Shown here: positions 6,822 through 14,895 of the stretch, piece by piece | Position numbering within the stretch: position 1 is the first letter of the stretch | Layout of the letters: each line of letters begins with the position of its first letter | IMG/VR virus record: IMGVR_UViG_3300029267_003506 | From: a virus | Taxonomy: Duplodnaviria; Heunggongvirae; Uroviricota; Caudoviricetes | Length of the DNA: 38,196 bases | Direction: 5' to 3' (one strand) | Notes under the pieces: generated by a model | Database searches by the model: none | The model's input: the letters and a program-made list of their open reading frames with translations, nothing else | What the model was told of the DNA's origin: nothing | Position numbers and translations under genes: made by a program

Positions 6822-6955
6822 GGACGCCAAAAACCGCGTAGGCTGCTTGTGCTGCCGTGCTGCCACTGCACTATGGGGCCGTCTGATGTAGCCCCAGAGG
6901 GAATCGAACCCCCGTCTGCAGATTGAAAGAAGTAGTCCTATGCTGAAGCGCGTCC
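6822..6955 (-). ncRNA. Circularly permuted tRNA-like RNA with a TTC triplet (YrlA-like topology)
   Basis: CTTTCAA-TCTGC, T-arm, acceptor TGGGGCT/GGCCCCA closed by a 9-nt loop, D-arm GTGC-AGTGGCA-GCAC; enclosed by GGACGC/GCGTCC. Confidence 0.8.
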
Positions 6956-7114
6956 TTCTTGATGTTTCTCCTTTTGGTGACAGGTCCGAGGTGGTTCTGC
7001 CCGGGCCATTTCCTCCAAGAAAACCTCTACTCCCCACAGCGCTCCAATTTCTCCAATGTCCTTATAGGAATCACACCATTTATCGCACGTCCTACAGGTT
7101 TCAACGTGGAGCAT
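6938..7114 (-). CDS. Hypothetical protein (58 aa, CxxCxxxC)
   Basis: ATG at 7114 with a GAGAAGG RBS. Confidence 0.5.
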   Translation of the reverse strand: MLHVETCRTCDKWCDSYKDIGEIGALWGVEVFLEEMARAEPPRTCHQKEKHQEGRASA

Positions 7115-7132
7115 TGGTCGCCTTCTCTTTTT

Positions 7133-7209
7133 TGGCACCCCCGACAGGATTCGAACCTGCAATATCCAGCATGAAAAACTGGCGTCCTAAACCATTAGAC
7201 GACGGGGGC
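7133..7209 (-). tRNA. tRNA-Glu(TTC)
   Basis: CCAGT-TTTTCAT-GCTGG; CCA. Confidence 0.92.
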
Positions 7210-7225
7210 AAAAATCCTTTCATTT

Positions 7226-7313
7226 TGGTGCGAGCGGGGAGATTCGAACTCCCAGTAGGGACAAGCCCAAACAGTCCCTCAAACTGCCGCGTCTGCCGTT
7301 GCGCCACGCTCGC
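7226..7313 (-). tRNA. tRNA-Leu(GAG)
   Basis: GCAGT-TTGAGGG-ACTGT; long variable arm; CCA. Confidence 0.92.
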
Positions 7314-7322
7314 GGCTCCTTC

Positions 7323-7331
7323 ATTATACCA
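7323..7331 (-). promoter_or_regulatory. Extended -10 promoter inside the tRNA array
   Basis: TGGTATAAT 9 nt upstream of tRNA-Leu(GAG). Confidence 0.6.
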
Positions 7332-7397
7332 ACTTGGGCTCCGCCTTCGCACCAAAGAGAGGGGATTTCTTTGGCCGAAGGCTTCACCCTTTGCTTT

Positions 7398-7474
7398 TGG
7401 CAGAACCGACGGGACTTGAACCCGCAACCTTCGGATCGACAATCCGGTGCTCTCGCCAATTGAGCTACGGCTCT
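7398..7474 (-). tRNA. tRNA-Asp(GTC)
   Basis: CCGGA-TTGTCGA-TCCGA; CCA. Confidence 0.9.
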
Positions 7475-8018
7475 ATGATGCTATCGCCTTTCCAAGATAG
7501 GGCTCCCACGCCGCATAGTCTTCATTGTTCAGGTATTGCTTGAACAGAAGTCCACGATTCGGCGTTATTGGCTTCTGCGCCAACTTCTTTCCAGTTCGCT
7601 TCGTGTAATGCTCTGGCAGCATGTCACCCTTTTCATTGTTGCAGGATTCACAAGCCGCCACCACATTCCTCCAGGCGTTTGTTCCACCTCTCGCAACCGG
7701 ATGCACATGATCAATAGTGCCGCTGGTGTTCGACAGGCGCTTTCCGCACCACTGACAGGTAAAATTGTCCCTCAGAAACACGTTGTGCCTAGTTAGTGGC
7801 AGCCTGTCGAAGTTTCCATGCTTGTCTCGTTTTCCCGTCAAGAGTAAGACTGACGGCAACTGGAAAACACGATCCTTCGAGCGCACATAGGCATCATGTA
7901 ACTCCAGCGGGAACACCGCGTTACCATCGTCCCGAAAATACATCAGGAGAACAGCCTTCTCCCAGGAAATCACATTCAAGACGCGCCCACCGCGACCAAG
8001 CAATAGCGAATTCTTCAC
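7473..8018 (-). CDS. HNH endonuclease (McrA/COG1403-like)
   Basis: RDNFTCQWCG, TIDHVHPVARGG and NVVAACESCNNEKG motifs; GTG start with an AGAGGGGG RBS. Confidence 0.92.
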   Translation of the reverse strand: MKNSLLLGRGGRVLNVISWEKAVLLMYFRDDGNAVFPLELHDAYVRSKDRVFQLPSVLLLTGKRDKHGNFDRLPLTRHNVFLRDNFTCQWCGKRLSNTSGTIDHVHPVARGGTNAWRNVVAACESCNNEKGDMLPEHYTKRTGKKLAQKPITPNRGLLFKQYLNNEDYAAWEPYLGKAIAS

Positions 8019-8045
8019 TGCGCACCCCCCTCTTTCTGCACCAAT

Positions 8046-8076
8046 AAAAAACCGCCGGGGTTTTTGCCCCGGCGGT
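8046..8076 (-). terminator. Intrinsic terminator (attenuator) upstream of the HNH gene
   Basis: ACCGCCGGGG-CAAAAA-CCCCGGCGGT followed by a U tract. Confidence 0.85.
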
Positions 8077-8103
8077 TCTAATCTCATCTATCTCCGTCGG
8101 GGC

Positions 8104-8250
8104 TCAGGGTGCGGGACCAAAATCATCTTGTAGGGATTCACTGACCTCGCACGACAGATTGACCGGCAGAAGCACAGCGCATCCCAAACCGCGATGATAT
8201 ACGGCTGGATGCGATGATCCTGATTGTGATATCTGTGTAGTCCGGTACAT
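8104..8250 (-). CDS. Putative leader peptide (48 aa)
   Basis: ATG with a GAGG RBS; MYRTTQISQSGSSHPAVYHRGLGCAVLLPVNLSCEVSESLQDDFGPAP*. The stop abuts a sequence complementary to the terminator 5' arm. Confidence 0.6.
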   Translation of the reverse strand: MYRTTQISQSGSSHPAVYHRGLGCAVLLPVNLSCEVSESLQDDFGPAP

Positions 8251-8329
8251 GTCTCGCCTCGTTGCTCAAATCGCAGACAAACCTGCTGGTCGGGCTCAAG
8301 GGGCAGCAGGAATGCCTGCAGTTACGTTC

Positions 8330-8406
<77 letters not shown>

Positions 8407-8418
8407 ATCTCATTCTGC

Positions 8419-8447
8419 ATTATACCCCTCAAAATCAGAAATGCAGC
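8419..8447 (-). promoter_or_regulatory. sigma70-type promoter at the head of the tRNA array
   Basis: Consensus TATAAT at 8419-8424; the -35 is weak. Confidence 0.5.
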
Positions 8448-8504
8448 GAAAATTCTGAAAAATTCTCAATTTTCGTAAATCGCCTGTGTTCGCGCCAATC
8501 CGTC

Positions 8505-9680
8505 TTAGTAAATCTGGTCATCGACCAGAGCGTCACCACCCGCACTTGTAAACGACACCCAAGCGCCGCCTTTTCGACCCAAGAAGTCCGAACCGTTCCA
8601 ATACATCGTACCGTTTGCCGTGGAAGTTACGGTACTGCCCTGAAAGACCAAGCCACCATAAGTAATGGTAACGTCACGATTCTGGAGCGCCGAGAAAACG
8701 TCTTGACCAGAGCTATTGCGAATGGCCGCAGCTGTTACCGACGGGTCACTAGCGATGTAACCCGTGGCTCCGGACCCAACCTGGTACAATGAAATATTGA
8801 GGAAATTGTCTGCCGCGCCGCTGCCGCCCGCTTGAATCGGTCTGTCTGACTTAACCCAACCTGTCCCTCTTGGAGTCAGTGCAATATCAATATTGGAATC
8901 GGAACCCCACGCACCGAGAGTCACTGGATTTGTACTTGTGGACCCGTTGATGAATGCGTAGTTGACGGCACTGGTGATATTTCCGATACGCAACTGCAAA
9001 GAGCTACTAGACACAAAGTCGATAGGCGCAGCCTCAACGGTGCGAATCTCAAAAATACCCGTACCACGATGCGTAATGCTTGCGCCCCCATTTGCACCGG
9101 GGGAGCGTATAATTCGTAGGCTATAGTCGGTGTATGTGTCGTCTGAATGGAAGTCAATCAGCGAATTCCGATCTCCACTTTGGAGAGCGCACACCTCGAT
9201 CCCGGATAGCGTAGCGATGTACCCTGCAGTCTCGAACGTCAGATATTCAGCATTGTTAATACCGATAGCTAGCCTATGGTTTGTCTCCGAGCACAGGATC
9301 ATCCCACCGGAAGGGTTCAATTGAAAGCTGCCACGAATGGTCCCGTTATCAAGAACAACGGCACTCCTATTACTTGCCCAGCCACCAGCACCGTCATAAG
9401 TGTTCCCTATGGACACGTTCTGAGTAGTGCCAACCTTGAAAATGTTGGATGAGTATGTAAGGTTTGCCGAACTCGTAAATCCGCCAGCGCCATCGCTTAT
9501 CTGTATTCGACCAGTCGCCCCATCAGAAGCGAGAGCAGCAAGGGCATTGTCGATACCCTTGATATGTGCGGATACCTTGTTTGTGGACTCACTACCAACT
9601 GCGACAGGTGTGTAATTTACTGCCGTGTGTACGGCTTGTATGCGGGCTGCGCTGTGTCTTCCGATGCTTCCGCCAGCCAT
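8505..9680 (-). CDS. Tail fibre / receptor-binding protein
   Basis: G/S/T-rich beta-type sequence with an LIDFHSDDTYTDYSLRIIR fibre-like motif; its N- and C-termini are shared with the paralogue at 12433-12684. Confidence 0.7.
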   Translation of the reverse strand: MAGGSIGRHSAARIQAVHTAVNYTPVAVGSESTNKVSAHIKGIDNALAALASDGATGRIQISDGAGGFTSSANLTYSSNIFKVGTTQNVSIGNTYDGAGGWASNRSAVVLDNGTIRGSFQLNPSGGMILCSETNHRLAIGINNAEYLTFETAGYIATLSGIEVCALQSGDRNSLIDFHSDDTYTDYSLRIIRSPGANGGASITHRGTGIFEIRTVEAAPIDFVSSSSLQLRIGNITSAVNYAFINGSTSTNPVTLGAWGSDSNIDIALTPRGTGWVKSDRPIQAGGSGAADNFLNISLYQVGSGATGYIASDPSVTAAAIRNSSGQDVFSALQNRDVTITYGGLVFQGSTVTSTANGTMYWNGSDFLGRKGGAWVSFTSAGGDALVDDQIY

Positions 9681-9778
9681 TCTATTCTCCTTACGGTACG
9701 ACCGTCATAGCAATCTGGCTTGACCAAGAACCATGTTTCGGGATAGTGGTCGCACCGCAACAGACCGCTATGTCATCG

Positions 9779-10258
9779 TTATTGTTTAGTTTCCTCTAGT
9801 GGAAACATTGCTTCCAATTTATCTGGGTCTTCAATCATGTCAAAGATTGCGAAAAGGATGTTTCCCGCAATCTCTTTGACACCTCTGAACGCCGCAGAAT
9901 GCACCATGTAAAGTTCAACGTCCTTGTTAACCTCGTCCATGTGCTCGCGCATTGCTTTGTTGTACTTCGCCTGCTTCTCGGCCGGGATGTCCCACATGTA
10001 GGTTCCCGCCTGTCCAGGAAGTTCGACTTGGCGCGGTTCTCCTTCTTCCGTCTTCTCCGCGAACGCCCTCCCGATGTTCTCTCGGACATCGTAACTCGCC
10101 TTCGAGAGAGGCTCAAGAATCCGGTGATTACGAGTACACCGAAACGCAAGGGCAAATGGTGTCGTTGGGTCTTGACCAAGCGCGACAAGCCCGTCCACCT
10201 TCCTGTGTACATCTGCGTTCGTTAAGTCAAACTTCCTCTTTTCCTCCGCCATCGTCAC
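9779..10258 (-). CDS. Hypothetical protein, tail-fibre associated
   Basis: 159 aa ORF with a GGAG RBS, located among fibre genes. Confidence 0.7.
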   Translation of the reverse strand: MTMAEEKRKFDLTNADVHRKVDGLVALGQDPTTPFALAFRCTRNHRILEPLSKASYDVRENIGRAFAEKTEEGEPRQVELPGQAGTYMWDIPAEKQAKYNKAMREHMDEVNKDVELYMVHSAAFRGVKEIAGNILFAIFDMIEDPDKLEAMFPLEETKQ

Positions 10259-10358
10259 TGCTCCTTGTCAATCCCATCAGACGCACAATTGAGCGTCTAC
10301 TGTCTCATCATCTATCTCATCGTTCCTTAGATCACCCACAAGCGTGTGATCCAGCCAA

Positions 10359-10682
10359 TTACGCATCCGGATCTTTGTCTGAAGATACGGTCCAATCAAC
10401 ACCATCTCCGTCGTCAAGTGTTTGAACATGCGCATAAATTTCCGCAAGCGTCATGTCCTCACTGTAATCGTCGCCCTCGATACGGATCGGACCTTTTTCC
10501 AAGCGCATCGCCGTCAGACCGTTAGTGCTGCGCTCTGTGTAGGTCTTGTACCCGCGCAGCCACACGTCGAGAACGCCCTCTCTCGGGTAATCCTCGATCT
10601 TCCACACATGCCAGTAGTCCACGTCGTCCAGTTGAACAGTCTGGACCGAGCCAGCATTCTCGCCAGTAAACTCCAAACCCAT
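10359..10682 (-). CDS. Hypothetical protein, tail-fibre associated
   Basis: 107 aa ORF with an AAGGAG RBS, directly after the LamG gene. Confidence 0.7.
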   Translation of the reverse strand: MGLEFTGENAGSVQTVQLDDVDYWHVWKIEDYPREGVLDVWLRGYKTYTERSTNGLTAMRLEKGPIRIEGDDYSEDMTLAEIYAHVQTLDDGDGVDWTVSSDKDPDA

Positions 10683-10727
10683 CGTATTTCTCCTTATGCA
10701 GTTGTAGATTGGCCCAGCCGCAGCAAT

Positions 10728-12080
10728 CTACGGGCTAGGGATCAATGCGTCTTCCCAACCAATTACTGGCAACTTTGAGTAGATCGTCTGTTTGGTGTAA
10801 GGCGCAGTGGGTGGTGTGAAGCCGTCATTGGGATCCCCACTCGGGATGTACAGGGGATCTGTCGGGTCGGCAATTCTAGCAATTCGGCTGACGCGAATCT
10901 CTGCCATCGAGCCGGAGAACTGCATACTGCCAGACCCCCAAAGTCCAATTCTCATGCCTTCATTTGCAACGTAAATGTCCTTCGAATCAGTAACATCCAC
11001 GTCAAGAACACCGTCCACAAATGACATCCACCGGTTACCCCAGTGGCAAAAAGCAACGTGCTGCCACGTAGAGGTTGAGAGAGTGATGGTACCAACACCA
11101 TTGTATCCGGTATCTGCTCTAAGGATATCCCATGACGTCCCATTGCTGCTCGCCCAAATGCCAAGGACAAACGGAGACGTGAAGCCAACTGACATCCCAT
11201 ACCGATAATCCGCCCAAGAAGCAAACAAACCTCTCGCCGACGTGTTAGATGGATTTATCCACGCGTCTATTGTGAAATCGTTTCCACCAAGAACAAACGG
11301 ATAGCGGTAGTTACCCGCGAAGGGGTATATGAAATAGGATGTAGAGGTGCCTTCAAAATAAAACGACCCCGAGTTAGTAAACGGTCCAGCAGCCTCCCGC
11401 AGTCGATTCCCGTCGCTAGTCACTATGGTGCTCGGTGCAAAGCTCTCATCGCAACCACCACCATCCCACTTGAATACGGTGGTACCGTTGTCATCAACTT
11501 CCAGGTCAGCCATAAAACCAACCCATTCATAAGGGGCGGTATTGTCTCCCCAAACGCAAATGCCGCTATGAGAAGCAACTGCACCTGAATACGATGCGTT
11601 CCCTACATCTACACCATCGAGATACATCGTAAACGTGTTGCTTTCCCGAGCGAGCTTGAACTGGTACCACTTATTCGGGGTAATTGCACTACTAGAAGTA
11701 ATAGCAACACGGTCCACGGACGTATCGCGCACAGTCCATTTCAACTTACCGTCCGTATGCAGATAGAATTCCTGCAGGTTATTCGCGTCCTGCTTTTTGA
11801 TGAAAATGGTGTGGCGTGCTCCAATGGTGGATGTGTAGTAAATCCAACCCCGAATGTAGTAGTCGTTCGACCCCGACGGCAGCCAGGTACCGTTATCGGT
11901 CCACGCATATGATCGATTTGATGGTGCGGTTGTCCCATTGAAGAAAAAGGACCCTACTTTCCCCGGAGGCGCAAAATTCGCAAACTGCACCCCATTAGAT
12001 AGCAGAATCCGATGTGGCGACGGAGCAAGGTCACCGTCTCCATGACAGGCGACCGTGCAGTAATGGTCAAAGCCTCCCAT
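10728..12080 (-). CDS. Tandem LamG/concanavalin-A-like domain protein (receptor-binding)
   Basis: Two repeats of the pattern NDYYIRGWIY/NDFTIDAWI...NKWYQFKLAR/TWQHVAF...FTMYLDG/WMSFVDG. Confidence 0.8.
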   Translation of the reverse strand: MGGFDHYCTVACHGDGDLAPSPHRILLSNGVQFANFAPPGKVGSFFFNGTTAPSNRSYAWTDNGTWLPSGSNDYYIRGWIYYTSTIGARHTIFIKKQDANNLQEFYLHTDGKLKWTVRDTSVDRVAITSSSAITPNKWYQFKLARESNTFTMYLDGVDVGNASYSGAVASHSGICVWGDNTAPYEWVGFMADLEVDDNGTTVFKWDGGGCDESFAPSTIVTSDGNRLREAAGPFTNSGSFYFEGTSTSYFIYPFAGNYRYPFVLGGNDFTIDAWINPSNTSARGLFASWADYRYGMSVGFTSPFVLGIWASSNGTSWDILRADTGYNGVGTITLSTSTWQHVAFCHWGNRWMSFVDGVLDVDVTDSKDIYVANEGMRIGLWGSGSMQFSGSMAEIRVSRIARIADPTDPLYIPSGDPNDGFTPPTAPYTKQTIYSKLPVIGWEDALIPSP

Positions 12081-12082
12081 GG

Positions 12083-12436
12083 TTATGTCCTCTCTACGTA
12101 ATTTACAAACGCGACAACATCGTTGACATATGTCGCCGTCGCGTCAATCGTATCCGCCGCAGTACCTTCGTTCTGGAGATTAAGCTTGCCCGTCTTTTCT
12201 CCGAACACACAAACACCGGTCCCGGCAGGAATTGTCAGCTTTTTGACCAAATCTACATCTCCGCCGCCGTTCTCATTGATGGTTACATCAACGTCGCAAG
12301 CGTTAACGCCATCAATATTAAAGAACGTCAGGTTATTGACAACACACACGTTCCCGGTAGTGCCGGGTGCAGCTAAGATCTCCGTACTGCTGTTGCCAAT
12401 CAACACTCTTTTGCTTTTCAGGACATCGCCCATCAC
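12083..12436 (-). CDS. Small virion-type beta protein
   Basis: 117 aa with an AGGAGG RBS, inside the fibre cluster. Confidence 0.7.
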   Translation of the reverse strand: MMGDVLKSKRVLIGNSSTEILAAPGTTGNVCVVNNLTFFNIDGVNACDVDVTINENGGGDVDLVKKLTIPAGTGVCVFGEKTGKLNLQNEGTAADTIDATATYVNDVVAFVNYVERT

Positions 12437-12684
12437 GTTCCTCCTAATTTAGTAAATCTGCAACTCGACGAGTAGATCAACCGAAGAGCACCGCCGTTAT
12501 TGTACTGGACTTGGCCATCGGAACCGCCAACGGTCGCCGAGGCAAGCGCATTGTCGATACCCTTGAGATGAGCAGATATCTTGTTGGTAGACTCATCACC
12601 AACAGAACTAGGTGTGTAATTCGAGGGGTTAAAAGCAGCGTTGAATCGACGTGCGCTTAGTCTTCCGATGTTTCCGCCAGGCAT
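12433..12684 (-). pseudogene. Internally deleted, frameshifted paralogue of the 8505-9680 fibre gene
   Basis: The N-terminus (ESTNKISAHLKGIDNALA) matches the paralogue; the -1 frame encodes LVELQIY* matching its C-terminal LVDDQIY*. Confidence 0.7.
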
Positions 12685-12758
12685 TCTATTCTCCTCACAG
12701 TAGGGTCGCTCGCGCGAACCAGCCGATCTGAAAAAGACCGACCATACCGATCAGATGC

Positions 12759-13793
12759 TTACAGCGATTTCAGCACCTCCACAAAAGCCTCAGCAGTACC
12801 TTCGCTGCTGAACTGTGAAGCGGTTTCTAGGCATTCCTGTTTGACGCGTTCGGGTTCCCTCTTCAGCAAATCCCGAATCTCACAGAGCCGCTTAGCTAAA
12901 GCCTCCGCATTGCCAATGTCGACCGTATATGGCGTATAAGGGTTTCCAACCGGTGCGATAATAGGAGTACCACAGGACAGGCATTCACGAGTGATGCGAG
13001 AGGCATCCACCGTCGTTGTCACTACTACATCCAAGGCTCGGTAGACAGTTGCCATTTCCCTGTGGAGTTCCCATATCTCACCAAAAAAGTCACCCTCCTT
13101 TTTGATTGCTCCTATGCACCTATCCCAAACAATGTCCCGCGTTGAAGGAATCGCAAAAAGTCGCATCTTGATGTCGGGTTGCAATTTCCAAAATTCACGC
13201 ACCCCCATGATAATCTGAAAAGGATCCTTGAAAAACGTCGGTCTCCAGGTGTCACAAAATCCCACGTTGAACTGGCCTGGTGTCTGGAATTCGTGTTTTT
13301 TTCCTTCCGGACTATATTCAGACAGATTTACCGGCGCTTTGACAAGATGCACATTTTCGTCGCCTAAAATTGCCCTCCAGTAAGACAAATGGCGCGGCCA
13401 CATGGTTACGAACTTTTGGACTCTCTCATCTCTTTTGTAAGCCAACAGTGTCGAGAAGTTCCGGTCACCCTTGTCGTGGTTTAACAGTTCCGAGTAAAAA
13501 CAATACTCCGGAGCACCATGCAGGATCAGGACCGTCGGCTTTTTTCCGAATACCTCGTCATGGATGCGACTGTGCATAACGTGGTAGTCACATTCCAGAG
13601 CCCAATCAAGAGTGGTCACCTCGATACCACGATCAATCCTTGAGGTTTCGGGCGGATTTCCTTTCCCAATCCATGAAGTATCAATGAGTTTCGCGTCGTG
13701 TCCTAGCGCGCACTCAGCCGCACACAGGTCACGCGTCGTCTCGTACATCCCAGACCGCCGTGGTCCGTAGAAGATGAAATGCGCAATCTTCAT
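12759..13793 (-). CDS. Glycosyltransferase (GT-B/GT4-like)
   Basis: SGMYETTRDL N-terminus; MATVYRALDVVV...RECLSCGTPII donor-binding motif. Confidence 0.82.
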   Translation of the reverse strand: MKIAHFIFYGPRRSGMYETTRDLCAAECALGHDAKLIDTSWIGKGNPPETSRIDRGIEVTTLDWALECDYHVMHSRIHDEVFGKKPTVLILHGAPEYCFYSELLNHDKGDRNFSTLLAYKRDERVQKFVTMWPRHLSYWRAILGDENVHLVKAPVNLSEYSPEGKKHEFQTPGQFNVGFCDTWRPTFFKDPFQIIMGVREFWKLQPDIKMRLFAIPSTRDIVWDRCIGAIKKEGDFFGEIWELHREMATVYRALDVVVTTTVDASRITRECLSCGTPIIAPVGNPYTPYTVDIGNAEALAKRLCEIRDLLKREPERVKQECLETASQFSSEGTAEAFVEVLKSL

Positions 13794-14830
13794 GGCGACG
13801 GCCTTTTCTTTTGAACCATCTCTTCGAGGTATTGCACCAGTTTGTCATACCGATCCCGTGCCGCATACCTCTCTTGCGCCGCCTTTGCCACCTCTTGTGA
13901 TCTTGCCTCTAGCTCTGCCGGCTGAAACGTCTTTATCCGGCGACATAAACCCACAAACTCCGTCCCTGATCTAAAATGCCAAGCCACCTGCGGATCAGGA
14001 TAAACCGCCTGAACACCGCGCCAACAATTACAAAGCGGCAAACATCCGGTCATCGCTGCTTCTGCAATTGCTACATGAGTCCCTTCTTCATTGCTGTTGC
14101 TGATGATTGCATGCTCTCGCGCAAGTAGGTTAGGCACCTCGTCGTGAGGAACTTTGTCAAATATCGTCACCACGTCCTGCAAATCCAAATCGGCAATCAA
14201 ATCTTTGCAGTTTTCGTAGTATTCCGGGTTTCCGTATCCTCCCCATTGTCCCCTCGCGCCAACAATCTCCAACCTGAAGTCACGTCCAAATTCCTGTTTC
14301 AGGTCGTACATATACTGAATTGCCGTATACTGCCGTTTCTTCGGTACAAAATTGCCCAGCATGCAAATCCGAAAAGGAGGCTTCCAGTTCCTGACTTTGT
14401 AGAAAAACCGGCTTTCATCTGCGACATTTGTGGGATGGAGCAAAACGCTTTTCGGTTTTGACAACCCCTGGCGTTTCTGCATAAACCTATCTGTAACATG
14501 CTCCGCCGAGGTCATCAGAACATCAACGCGGTCCCAGTTCAAATCGGGATCTTGCGTCAGCGCGTTATACATCTCTATACGATGCATACGCGCGACGACA
14601 ACCGCACGCCTACTGCCAGCGAAAACATCAAGCACTTGTCGCATCGGCACTTGACAGAACTCAACAAAAACGACATCGGAGCGCCAAAAAGCATCACTCA
14701 AATGAAGACCTTGTGTGACTCCTGGCATGCCGTCCTTGTAACCGATGTGAACCTTGTGTCCCGCCTTTTGAAGTGCCTCCTGAATTGGCCCAAAAAAAGA
14801 TAGGTTGGTGCTAAATACCGATACTCTCAT
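13790..14830 (-). CDS. Glycosyltransferase (GT-B/GT4-like)
   Basis: ICMLGNFVPKKRQ and ISNSNEEGTHVAIAEAAMTGCLPL (EX7E) motifs. Confidence 0.85.
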   Translation of the reverse strand: MRVSVFSTNLSFFGPIQEALQKAGHKVHIGYKDGMPGVTQGLHLSDAFWRSDVVFVEFCQVPMRQVLDVFAGSRRAVVVARMHRIEMYNALTQDPDLNWDRVDVLMTSAEHVTDRFMQKRQGLSKPKSVLLHPTNVADESRFFYKVRNWKPPFRICMLGNFVPKKRQYTAIQYMYDLKQEFGRDFRLEIVGARGQWGGYGNPEYYENCKDLIADLDLQDVVTIFDKVPHDEVPNLLAREHAIISNSNEEGTHVAIAEAAMTGCLPLCNCWRGVQAVYPDPQVAWHFRSGTEFVGLCRRIKTFQPAELEARSQEVAKAAQERYAARDRYDKLVQYLEEMVQKKRPSP

Positions 14831-14895
14831 ATCATCCTCTTTTCATATGTCGGGTGTGGGAGTGGTTTTAGCACCCCACACCCGTAGACTACTCA

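Noticed and set aside
6196-6955. BHB-type or group I permuted intron-exon splicing signals around the permuted tRNAs
   Set aside because: No 4-bp helix with two 3-nt bulges fits the junctions, and the ~30-nt flanks are too short for a group I core.
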